Assembly (NCBI GenBank): GCA_047495785.1
Contig: JBLDXI010000032.1
Coordinates: 3,782,001 to 3,846,000 of the forward strand
Direction: 5' to 3'
Source: Lepidodermella squamata
Lineage: Eukaryota; Animalia; Gastrotricha
Length of the DNA: 64,000 nucleotides
The translations under genes and the position numbers were made by a program. Within the stretch, counting starts at the first letter, position 1; every line of letters starts with the position of its first letter. The notes under the pieces are model-generated. The model searched no databases. It saw only the letters and a list, made by a program, of their open reading frames with translations, and was not told the DNA's origin. Of the stretch, positions 16,063 to 26,395 are shown in pieces.

Positions 16063-18141
16063 GGCTGCTGCTTTATTCGTACAGCGCTTTATCTTCCCCC
16101 GTACAACAAGTTTATCTCCGAAACGTACAACATTCATTTATTTATTTATTCTCTCCTAAAACATCAATTATCTTCGACCCGTACAACAATATTTAATTGC
16201 CGCCGCGTGTTGACCGGCTGCGCCGACGGCGGGTACCACGAGTGGAACGACGGGTTGGGCGGCTGCCAGCACGGCTTCGGCTACCTCGAGGACGACCAGG
16301 CCTCCTTCTTTGCTGCTGCTCAGCTGCGGGGATGAGCTGCTCTTCCGGCTGTTGGGTCGGCTGCTGCCAAAATTCAGCATTTGGTCGCTCTGGCGACTGC
16401 TGGCTGACCAGAGCTGAGGCGACTTTGCTTCGACGGCCGGCTTTTCCGCGGGTGACAAGCGGGACGGAATGATATTTGGCCGGTATGCGGCTATGATTAG
16501 GTAGATGGTGGGCAAGGGCAACGGCGTGCGGACAAGGTTTACGCCGAACACCGTCCTCACAAGTGCAGGTGATGGCTCCAGGGGCAACAGTCAGAAGGAA
16601 GACGTGTTCGAGAGCACACGAAAAATGCTCCAGGTCCGGCCAATTACCATCTCGACGCGCGTAGAGCACAGAATCAGCAATCGTCTTGTCAGCTGGCACC
16701 CATAGCCATTTGTCGTCATCGATTTGATCAAAATGATCATTGAATTTCAAAAAATAGAGATAGCCAGTCTGATATACCTTTCCATCAACAACCGGCTTAG
16801 TTGCCCAGTCGGCCCAATTCGACGTCCAACTACCGATAATCTCGAAAGTTATCGGTAAAAAGCTGCTGACGGTCTGCAGCACGCGCTCTGTGTTCTCGTT
16901 CTTCAACACACAGTTCGTCGCCTCAAGGCCATTATTCGTGGAAACCCAGAAACCAGGACCCTCAAACCAACGATTCAGCGGGCCGTCGATGTACGTGGCT
17001 TGAAAGTATTCCTTAAATTCAGCATACTCATCTCCCAGTTCGGTCATCAAAAGCGAAGTCAGCTGTTTGAATTCCTTGTAGGTTCCAGCCAGTTGGCATA
17101 AACGTAGGCGTTTCTTCACAAACGAAAAGTTCTTCGCCATCTTCTTCCCGAACCACTTTTTCACATTATATACTAGATGGAAATAGCACATCAGTCGTAT
17201 ACATGCCGCGCCAAAAATGGCTATTATTGCAGCGGTGATGTAGGCAGCGCCATCCGCCATCACAGCACGCGGCGAGTAATCTGGTTTCCAGCTGCGCAAC
17301 GCACTAAACAAGTCTTTGTACGCCTCCTCGTTCTCGTGTGACGCAAGACCTGTTGTACGTAAAAGAGATGAAAAATGTGCGTGTTGTACGAGAATAAGCT
17401 ATTTTACCGATTATAATAGGATGGAATTTTCGGTCGGCATCAGTCCCGCCAGCAACAAAGACTTTGTGCTTCCCTATCACCATTTTATGGGCAGCGTCAA
17501 CCTGATAACAAATTTGATAAATAAGTCACAACTAAAATATTCTTTTTCTACCTGTAAACATTCGATTCGATCAAGTTTTGAAAGCAAAGGTGTCAAACAC
17601 ATCTTCTTCGACAACAGGGGCCGGAGCATCCTCGTCATCAGCCGGCAGGTTTTCTTCGTCGTCACCGGCCTCGCCGCCGTCATCTTCATCATCATCATCG
17701 TCACCATCATCGCCAGGATCATCATCGTCGGTGTAAGATGACACAGACGCGCCGTCAAGCAGGCTTGATGACGCCACGGGTGACAAAATTCGATGGGACC
17801 ATAGAGTGTGCCCCGGCCAACATCAAAACAGTAAGAAGAACAAACGTGAATTTAAAAGCCATATTCAGTCGAATGCTTTGATTTTGCTTTCGGTATTCTT
17901 TATTGCCTTTTTATAGCCCCGTCCGCGTGGTTGTATGAAGGAAGGTCACCGCGTGGCTATTATTAATTAAATGTTGTACGAACCGAAGATTTTTACCCTT
18001 AAAATAATACTGTTGTACGGTTGGGAGACGAAACGTTGTACGATTGGAAGATATTACCCATGCTAAAAATTGTGTTGTACGGTTGGAAGATTTCTTGTTG
18101 TACGCTTGAAAGATGAACGTTGTACGGATAAAGCTTTCCTC
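16063..18141 (-). mobile_element. Mutator-like (MULE) element with imperfect TIRs, subterminal repeats and 8-bp TSD
   Basis: TSD ACATGTAG at 16055-16062 and 18142-18149. Ends GGCTGCTGCTTTATTCGTAC and (revcomp) GAGGAAAGCTTTATCCGTAC. ATCTTC-n-CGTACAAC modules are repeated in inverted orientation at both ends. Confidence 0.85.
16193..17602 (-). CDS. MULE transposase (DDE, SWIM finger, AT-hook); introns 17502-17551 and 17350-17407; 5' part frameshifted or truncated
   Basis: Spliced: IECLQ|VDAAHKM...GGTDADRKFHPIII|GLASHENEEAY...AVMADGAAYI...RLMCYFH...STNNGLEATN...CTCEDGVRRKPCPH...RRRPGRPRG. Confidence 0.8.
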
Positions 18142-18270
18142 ACATGTAGCAGAAATTTTGAGATTTATAACAAATTAAAAAATGTGACGGAACCGAATTC
18201 GGATATAAAAATGCAACCACAAAAATTCCAATTTAGACATAAAAATGACTCTTCACGACTTTACAAAATA

Positions 18271-18318
18271 GATATAGGAGATATAGGATAGATATAGGAG
18301 GATAAAAGATATAGGAGA
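18271..18318 (+). repeat. Short degenerate tandem repeat (GATATAGGA)n
   Basis: gatataggag atataggata gatataggag gataaaagat ataggaga. Confidence 0.7.
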
Positions 18319-18335
18319 ACATTTATGGAGGAGAT

Positions 18336-18848
18336 TTATTGCAAATGAAAAAAACGAGATTTTCGAGGGCAAGAGAGCTCGATTGATGGAAAGCGCAAAA
18401 GACGCCCTTGCTCCAAGCAATTTACAGCCCATGATCGCAACTGCACCTCGTCGTAGTCCACCCTCGATGGGTCACCGCCGTTGATGATTTCGCACAAGTT
18501 GGCCATGAGTTGGAACCCGCAATCACTTCCGTTCGTCTGTTGTGAACAAGCCACGAACTCGATCGATAATCGGCGTTTAGAGTCACACCAAAATTTGCCG
18601 TAGCGGTCAAATAAAGCATCGCGATACGTCTGTCTTAGTTTGTTGCCCTTCGGCGTGAGGCTATCATAAACGCGCACGGTTCGAACACCGCCCTCGCAGT
18701 GTAGCGTCGAGGACAGAATCCAGTGGTCTCCGATGTGGTGCGGATGAACACTCAAATACCGTGTCGCCGAGTGAACAGGCAGAGCTTCGTATCGATTAGC
18801 TTCAGCCGCAGCTGGTTGGTTAGGGAGTTGGTTGGTTAGGCACATCAA
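18336..18848 (-). CDS. Ulp1/SENP-like (peptidase C48) cysteine protease domain of the Gypsy-derived element
   Basis: GDHWILSST (His), VRVYDSL (Asp), QQTNGSDCG (Gln/Cys), followed by GGDPSRVDYDEVQLR...CLEQGRLLRFP, typical of transposon-borne Ulp1 domains. Confidence 0.82.
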   Translation of the reverse strand: MMCLTNQLPNQPAAAEANRYEALPVHSATRYLSVHPHHIGDHWILSSTLHCEGGVRTVRVYDSLTPKGNKLRQTYRDALFDRYGKFWCDSKRRLSIEFVACSQQTNGSDCGFQLMANLCEIINGGDPSRVDYDEVQLRSWAVNCLEQGRLLRFPSIELSCPRKSRFFHLQ

Positions 18849-19221
18849 TTAAAGTGTCCTGATATGATAAGGACATGCTCATCCGCCGGACGCTGATGGA
18901 GTCGACGGCCGGGTAAATGAAATCCTGGCCTAGAATAACGTCACGTGACAAATCGACAATCGCGAGGAAGCGATGTGCGAATTGAGCGGCGCCGACTGTG
19001 ATTGGAATGACGTAAAAACCGCCGATTTTCTCAGACGGAATCGGGCGGCCATCGGCCTGTAGCAGTGTATTGTTGTAGGATTGCGGGCAGGGTGTCAATT
19101 GCAAATAATCACAAAGGGAAGCAGAAATAAGGCTAAGAGACGAGCCGGTGTCTAGGAGTGCAGGATAAGATTCAGAGGCGATAGTAACGGTGGCGACGAG
19201 GTCGCCCTTGAATTCAGGCAT
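18820..19221 (-). CDS. Retropepsin-like aspartic protease (Gypsy PR)
   Basis: PALLDTGSSLSLIS...QADG...DVILGQDF. Confidence 0.85.
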   Translation of the reverse strand: MPEFKGDLVATVTIASESYPALLDTGSSLSLISASLCDYLQLTPCPQSYNNTLLQADGRPIPSEKIGGFYVIPITVGAAQFAHRFLAIVDLSRDVILGQDFIYPAVDSISVRRMSMSLSYQDTLIDVPNQPTP

Positions 19222-19283
19222 TGAGGCACTTTGAAGAGCTAGGCGCGCACGTTCTTCGGCCTCGGTAAGAACCGCGCGCCGGC

Positions 19284-20899
19284 CTAGTTTCCCTGGTGGT
19301 TGATGACGGGTTCAGGGCAGTTGTCAAGGAAATGTCCTGGGTCTCCGCAGTTCCAGCAGGCCTGATTGAGGTGGCCGTAACGGTAGGCATTGCGCGGCAG
19401 TCGCCCGGCCGGCCGTAAGCGGCCCGGGGCTCGGCGGCGGTTGTCGTCCGTGGTGTCGTGACTCGGAGGTGCCGCCCTTCGGCGGTTGTCGCGCGGTGGA
19501 TTGCGTCGAGCACGATCGGCTGCTCGTTCGTCATCTTCACGGTCGCGCATGTCCCGGCGCGCGTCGTGCGGGTTACGCATGCGCGTATCGTCGCGTCGGC
19601 GGTTGCCATCTCGTACCGATCAGGCTGTCGCGGCTGATGGGCGGCCTCCTTAACCGCGGCGACGAGCTGTGATTGCGACTGGGCGAGCGCCTTGACGGAT
19701 TCGCGCATGACGGCCTCAATCTTGCCGACAGCGCTATTGAACAACTCGGGGTCGTTCTCCTTGGTCGGCGGAGCCTCGACCCGGCGGACATGGCTCACCG
19801 TATAGATGGGCTGACTAAGAGCCATGGCGCGTTCATAGTTTGCCGTCAAAATCATAATCTGATCCAGGGACACCGGATGATTGGATCGCTCGTAGTCTAC
19901 TCGGACAGGTACTGCAATATCGCGCGGCAGCGCGTCGAGAAAAGCCTCGATGGCATAAAACTCGACTTGGTGGAAGTCGGCCAGGCGGTGATGAGCCCGC
20001 GCGTAGTGGCGGCAGACATCGGCCAGCTGCACGAGGGATTGCCCGGGCTTACGTACCGGCTTCTCGGGCAGCGGCGCAGAAACTTCCAAGCGAGCTTGGA
20101 GCACTGCAAAGACGCCGACTAACGTGGCCGGCAGAGCGCGAGTAGTGTGGAGAAACGAGAATTTCCGGCTATTGGCCGTGTTTAGCTTAAATGCCAAGGC
20201 CTGGATCGCCTCCTCGTCCGCGAGCCCTAGCGAACGGGCTTGCATGCCGTAAACAGCGGCAAAATCGGATAAATCCTGGCCGTCCGCCTGTCGTGTTAGC
20301 GCGTTGAGGATCGAGGACGGGGAACGGAACCGCGGCAAGCGGAGGCAATGGATCCAGTCGTTGAGCCGCATGAGGCTGCGCCCCTGGGTGAAACAGCTGG
20401 CCTAGAGGCTGATGTTGCGCCGCTTGGAGACCAAACGGCGGTGGCGGAGCGTACCCCGGTGGCTGCAGGTGGAACCCAGCGGGGCCAGCACCGAGCGCGT
20501 GATATGGCGGGTTCGGGGCGGCAGCCGGCTGCACATTCATCGGCTCGTGTTGTGGGGCATGCGGCTGTGGGACGGGCTCTTGCGGAACGGGTTGGACGAC
20601 TGGAGCAGGGGGAGCCCCTGGCAGAGCACGTCGGCGAGCGTCGAAATCAGCGGCGACGCCCTCAATGATGACGTCGGCGTCCTCGCGGCGGGCGGGGGCG
20701 TAGTTCCGTCCACGGGCACGCGCGCCACCCCGACCGGCGACAGCCCCACCGGCCCGTCCGGACGGAGCAGCAGCGCGAACTGGGGCGCGACAACAAGTGC
20801 CGGCGCGAGCAACCGGGCGTGGCGAGATGCGGGCTCGTCCGAACCAGCGACGGAGGCCGGAGCCGGGCGCTTGGCGGACTTATTCGATTGCCGAGACAT
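19284..20899 (-). pseudogene. Gypsy-like gag (frameshifted) with CCHC zinc knuckle
   Basis: Pro-rich N-terminus from ATG 20899. Capsid-like RKPGQSLVQLAD...AIEAFLDALP. Knuckle CWNCGDPGHFLDNC. Spread over at least three frames. Confidence 0.75.
19287..19293 (-). promoter_or_regulatory. -1 ribosomal frameshift slippery heptamer G GGA AAC at gag stop
   Basis: Minus strand CAG GGA AAC TAG: X XXY YYZ in correct phase directly before the gag stop, followed by GC-rich sequence. Confidence 0.7.
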
Positions 20900-22789
20900 G
20901 ACGAGAAAGTGAAGGAGGGCAGACGCGAGACACAAATAGACAGCGGAAAGACGGAATCACGGGTCGGTTCGCGACGGCCGATGCGCCAAACCGTCACACT
21001 GTGCCGATCAAATAAATTTGCATTTTTCGTAACAAAAGTGTTCTTTTCATACGCTTTATTGGGAAATTGAAACATATGACCAGGAATGCAGTCAAAAGCT
21101 CGAATTAAAATGGTGGTAAATACGATAAGTTTGCGCGAAAAAGTCAGCTTATTGTCGATGTTAGGCGGCAGACATCAAGGATGTCAAATTCGAAAATGAG
21201 ACCTGAAAATGCAGAAAAATGAAATCAAAACTCGACATCAAGTTCGCCGTTACCTCTATTCAAGTATTTTCGCCGCATCGTTAACTGGTGATTAGCAGCA
21301 GTCTAAGCAAGGCAGATCGAGCTCAAATAAAGCCGTATTAAATTGAGCAATAATTGTTGATACCTGAAATTTCTTTTTTTTGCTGATTTCTTCTTCATGC
21401 AGCAACGCGAAGGAAAAAAACAAGCTTTGATCAACGCCAATGATAGAGAGCATCCGGTTCATATTATGCTCTGAGTAAAATAAATAGGAAAGAAATTCAA
21501 AAACATCTAGAAACTGCATACCTGGCAGTCATCATGTGCATCCATCGGCCAATTATGAAGATAAATTAATGTGATACCAACATAAACTCTTTTAAAACTC
21601 TAAAAGCTCTAAGAAGCTGAAAATTGAATCAATCAACGCAATTCTTGTTTCAATTAAACGTCCAAATCACATGAGACTTCAATTTTGATATATAGAAATG
21701 CTGCTCGCTCATCAGCATCAAGTTCAGCTAACTGACGGAGTTATATACCCGGTCAACTCTATCATTCAGCGCGATTTACGCTTTAAAATACATGCAAAGA
21801 TGCAGATCATAGGGAAAAGTGATAATAATTTCATTCAGACTTTTGAGCTAACGAGCTAAAGGCTGAGCTAGCTGACATCACATGTTTGAGCATTTGGTAG
21901 CTGCGGCCTGCGATTTAGAAGCAGCAAGACACATAATTCAGCGCATACAAGTATCAATTTTGATAAAATAAAGTAGTTCAAGTGCTGACAGCTTCAGCTA
22001 AACGTTCCGGCTCACCAGCTAAGGGTCTGGATGGACGATTGTTCAACGCTAAATGTTTGAGGACATCCTGCAACAAACCAGGTCTAACCCGTCGTTCAGG
22101 TGTGCCTAATAACAGTGCTAAGCATTGGAATAGATAAAATCTGCACTAGCGTTGCATAAAAGTGTCTAGGAAGTCAGCTAAGCGTTCCGGCTACATAGCT
22201 AAGGTTCCGGATGGGCGAATTTGCAGTAGCAAAAACGATAGTAGGCAATCGACTGTTTTCTAGCTGGCTGCAATGTTTTTGGCTACATGAAATCAAGAAA
22301 AAATATACAGGTGAATAAAGAAAGAGCTTATAATGCTCTTATAGTCTTCAGAACTTCAGATAAATGCTCTGGTTTACCACCATAGGTTCTGGCTGTAAGC
22401 CAAATGACGTCGGAGTAAAGCTGCTAATATAGTCAAAGTTGAACTTTCCATATAATCAACCAAAACACAGGTAAAACAGGATGAGAGAGCGTGATATCAT
22501 GATTTTCTATGGAAATACGTCTGCAAAATGCAAGATTCATATCGCTCCTAGTAATTAGGACTGAATGCTGTCTTAGCCGCTGACCTGAGCATTAAAAACT
22601 CGGTATGCAACCTCAAAACGTCGCCCTAGCAACAAATGTCGGGCGAAAAACGGCGAAAAATGCAACCTGAGCTAATTGAATAAATTATAGCAAAATTATC
22701 TCGCCGAATAATATATAAATATTATTTTATTTTATTTTTAAAACGCTTCTAACTCGAGAAAAACAGGTTTAAAGTGCTCGCATGCATTC

Positions 22790-23728
22790 GGATCCACAGC
22801 TGCGAAGGCCCGAAACCTACTACAAGATAGGCTAGTCAAGTTCTGCTCATGGTTTAGCAACAACTCGCTCAAATTAAACCCAGACAAATCCCAGTTTATG
22901 GTCTTATCCCCTGGTCACCCAGTCGAAATTCCCTCCATCAGCCTGCAAATCGCCAATACAACACTAACCGCCGTCTCTTCAATCGAATTATTAGGATTCA
23001 TCCTGGACCATAGGCTCACCATGGATGAACAAGCGGAAAAAGTGAAAAACAAAGTTCGATCTGGCACCTACGCCCTCCGCATCGCTAGCCAGAATCGCCT
23101 ACCTCTTCAAGCCAGAATAAATATCTACAATAGTCTCGTCGCTTGCCACCTTAATTACGCTGACGTCGTTGCTAATCTAGCTACCTTCACTAGCTCACAG
23201 AAAACCTACCAATCCGTACAGAATAAGGCAATTAGAGCTCTGCTTAACAAACCGTACTCGTTCGACGCCACCGCTTTCCTCAAACAGTTAGGTTGGCTAC
23301 CAATCGACGGGAAACGCCTAATCCACGAAATGACTCTAGTTTGGAAATGTTTGCACTCTCAAGCACCTGCTCTCATTAAAAACTTGATCAACATACCATC
23401 GTCCGATCACAAAACCAGGCTTAGCAGCTCTGATGGCGTCGAAATTCCTCGACAAGCTCACCATCTCAGCTTTCGATTTCGTGCTGCTAGCAAGTGGAAT
23501 GACTTACCGCCATCGATAAGATCTTCCGAAAACCCGAAGATCCTCAGAGACGAACTCCTGAAAGTACTGCTGAAAGCAGAATACGTGGACAATTTCGTCT
23601 ACACAAAGAAGAGGTAACTCGCCACCTTACCTCGACGCGCCCACCTGCGTCCGTTGGATGGAAGACCGCCTTAGTGCGAATCCAACGCTATTATTATACA
23701 TACATACATACATACATACATACATACA
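22790..23728 (+). mobile_element. 5'-truncated L2/Crack-like LINE with (TACA)n tail
   Basis: LKLNPDKSQFM...LLGFILDHRLT...IYNSLVACHLNYAD...VQNKAIR...SFRFRAASKWNDLP. (taca)n at ~23696-23728. Confidence 0.8.
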
Positions 23729-24769
23729 TCGCCGCGTGCCGGGTACCCTGTCTCCCACTTTAACCTGACATATCATTTGTTTGGAAACGACTTTTTGAGT
23801 AATTCTTTCCATTAGCCAACTCACCTCGATCAGCTATCTTCAGCTAAGTCGGGTTTGAGACCATAGCTCACCGGCTTCACGTTCTGGCTAAGTTCGGCAC
23901 ACACCGGTTCTGGTTAACTTCAACGACGTGACCCCGGGAATGATAGGCTCACTCACCCTTGATATGCAGAGAATTTGTAAAAATAAATTATCGGGAAATG
24001 TAAAGTCTTTTAAAAAGTAATAAAGCTTCTTTCTGTATAATTTTATTATAAACATGTATGAAAAATAAATCTTAGCGCAAAAACGATAAAATGAAGTTTT
24101 TGACAGCCCGCCCAACTTTTGAGATCGGAGAAGCTCGGTTTCGAGTTTCCAGCTGCTTGCAGCTTTCACCTCACCCTAAGTTTCAAGTAGCTAGAGCCGA
24201 GAGTGCATCTAGGACTTCGATAGGCTGGCATGGCTACGGTGAATAGGCAAACAATCCCCGAGCCGTTTGCCCGTTTCCGTTAATGTATGCGTATGCTCGT
24301 AGTAAACTACCAAGTTTAGATTTTGACTCGTTTTATTTGTCTCTAGCGTTCCTTGTCACCGTTCACTCAATTTGCTATCTACACTCTTCTGGCACCAGCC
24401 ACTATACACTATAATCTTCAAATTTAGGTTATTGCTAATGTTTTATTCGCCTTGTAGCACTGATAAACGAGTGCTTGCAAGCAACGTTACTCTTGCTCTA
24501 GATTTTTTCGAGATTTTAGTTGTAGATTTACGTCCCTTATTACCTGAACGTTGACCGTTAATTGGTCGGCATTCATGCGCTATGTCTTAGTTCTTAAAGT
24601 AATCTTTAGATCTCTTTTCTCTTTTAGTAATGTTTAGTGAAAAATGATAGAACTTATCAATCTATAGCAACCAACTCATCTTATCTTTCACTGTTTTCAT
24701 CCTGAGTGATTATTTTATTTATTTGTTTTTTTAGAATTTTTTAATAAAAGCTGAAAATCATTTTAAAAA

Positions 24770-25972
24770 ATGACCTATAGCCCCAACACAATCGTTGATG
24801 TATGGTACGAAAATTTGTATCAAGAGTTTCGAAATATCCGTCGTATCATGAATGACTATCCATACATTGCTATGGATACTGAATTTCCCGGTTGTGTTGC
24901 CAAGCCGTATGGTACATTCAAAAGCGCTGCAGAATATCAATACTACAACATGAAAGTCAACGTTGATTTGACAAAAGTCATTCAAATCGGCCTAACTTTT
25001 TTTAACGAAAACGGCGAAACCCCTTCACCTGTTTGTTCTTGGCAGTTCAATTTCTTCTTCAATCAAGCCTCGGACATGAGCAGTGTGCAGTCAGTAGCAC
25101 TTCTGGAAAACAGTGGTATTCAATTTCCTCGGCTTGCTCATTCTGGAATTCATCCAGATGATTTCTGTGAACTACTGATCACCTCTGGGCTAGTTCTTTC
25201 TAAGCGGGTGAAATGGCTTTCGTTTCACAGTGGCTATGATTTTGGTTATATGATTAAAATCATGACCAATCAACGGCTGCCTGATTCAGATGAAGAATTC
25301 TTCGAGCTCTTGCGAATCTACTTTCCGTTCTTGTACGATGCCAAGTTTATCATGAAGAGCTGTCGTACGTTGCGTGGTGGTTTGCAGGAACTCGCGAACA
25401 ATCTGGAAATTCAGCGGAAGGGTCCTCAACATACCGCCGGTTCCGACTCATTGATGACCGGTGAAGCATTTTTCAAACTCAAACAACTGTTTTTCGAGGG
25501 TAATATCGATGACTCGATGTACTGTGGTCAACTGTATGGCTTAAGCCCTGCTTCTTACTCGAATTCTTTGCCGCCCTCTCTCACCTCTTACAATTCGAAT
25601 TCATCTGCTTCTCTTTCGGCTTTGGCCAGTGCGAATAATGCTAAGAACGCAGCGGCAGCGGCAGCAGCTGCAGCCGCCGCTAAGACTGCGGCTGAAAACG
25701 CAAAAGCTGCGGCTGAGTCGAACGCTGCGGCGTCAAGCTCAGATGCTAGCTCGAAGGAAGGCAGCAAAGAGAAGGAGTTACCCAAGAAGGACGAAAAGGA
25801 CACGGGTAGTAACGGGGCTAGCCAAAGCGATGACGTTAACATTCCAACGATCGGTGGCGCGTCTCAGTCATCTCAAACTGCGCTATCGAGCAGCCCACCG
25901 GAGTCCGAATCTACTGCCCTCAACGCTGCGGGTGAGTCGTCTCCGAGCCCGAAGGACCAGTCGCAATCTTAA
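24770..25972 (+). CDS. CNOT7: CAF1/POP2 (CNOT7/8) DEDDh deadenylase, single coding exon, with long low-complexity C-terminal extension
   Basis: YIAMDTEFPG, NVDLTKVIQIGLTF, WLSFHSGYDFGY, GGLQELA, GPQHTAGSDSLMTG; uninterrupted 400-aa ORF. Confidence 0.95.
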   Translation: MTYSPNTIVDVWYENLYQEFRNIRRIMNDYPYIAMDTEFPGCVAKPYGTFKSAAEYQYYNMKVNVDLTKVIQIGLTFFNENGETPSPVCSWQFNFFFNQASDMSSVQSVALLENSGIQFPRLAHSGIHPDDFCELLITSGLVLSKRVKWLSFHSGYDFGYMIKIMTNQRLPDSDEEFFELLRIYFPFLYDAKFIMKSCRTLRGGLQELANNLEIQRKGPQHTAGSDSLMTGEAFFKLKQLFFEGNIDDSMYCGQLYGLSPASYSNSLPPSLTSYNSNSSASLSALASANNAKNAAAAAAAAAAAKTAAENAKAAAESNAAASSSDASSKEGSKEKELPKKDEKDTGSNGASQSDDVNIPTIGGASQSSQTALSSSPPESESTALNAAGESSPSPKDQSQS

Positions 25973-26395
25973 CGATGGGGTTTTGTGGTAGAGTAATGTG
26001 AAGCTATTGACTGTTGATTAAGTCATCTATAAGAAATTGAATCAACGTTGTGTCCACGGAGTCTCGGAGAACAAATTATCTGACAAGGACAGATTGTCTC
26101 GGGCTGGTTGCTAGATTTGAAATTAGCTGGTTGATTGAATAATTTGATCTGTCTTCATTCGCGGGTTTTACTTAGTTTTGCATGCGGTTCTGATCGCCTT
26201 CTCTCATCAATTTCTCCTAGTCGCGATTTGTTCTCCGCGATCATATTTCGTTTTTCGTGTGCGCTTTTTTCTGAAAAAAACCGATTCAAAAATATGTTCA
26301 TTGTTTCTACAAAGTTTCTCATGTGCTTGAAGTAAAAAGAAATGTACTGCAAGCTAATGATAATCGTAATCGACTAGTGCCCTCTTGTTTCTTAG

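Larger units (their letters stand above)
13842..20998 (-). mobile_element. Gypsy-derived element bounded by 9-bp inverted termini and a 5-bp TSD
   Basis: CTGTG|TGTGACGGT (TSD 13837-13841) ... ACCGTCACA|CTGTG (TSD 20999-21003). Contains gag, protease, Ulp1 and integrase remnants, all on the minus strand. Confidence 0.7.
6551..23930. mobile_element. Putative outer DNA transposon / foldback-like element with modular inverted arms enclosing the TE nest
   Basis: 6551-6574 AACGGCGCTGAAGTTAGCCAGAAC matches revcomp of 23907-23930 (CACGTCGTTGAAGTTAACCAGAAC) at 20/24. Subterminal TTAGC..CCAGA(A)C modules lie on + at ~6579, 6951-6978 and 7606-7810, and inverted at ~21993-22040, 22173-22215, 22384-22400 and 23881. 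No TSD found. Confidence 0.5.

Noticed and set aside
17970-18135. Regularly spaced GTTGTACG repeats resembling a CRISPR array
   Set aside because: Short repeats with variable spacing, mirrored at the other end of a MULE: these are subterminal repeats. Eukaryotic context, no cas genes.
20975-20988. TGGCGCATCGGCCG on the minus strand as a tRNA-Gly PBS
   Set aside because: Imperfect match and not preceded by an LTR end; equally explained as part of a terminal hairpin TGTGACGG/CCGTCGCG.
21292-21590. Minus-strand exon-like pieces including VYVGITLIYLH (GIY-YIG-like)
   Set aside because: Too short and degenerate to support a call.
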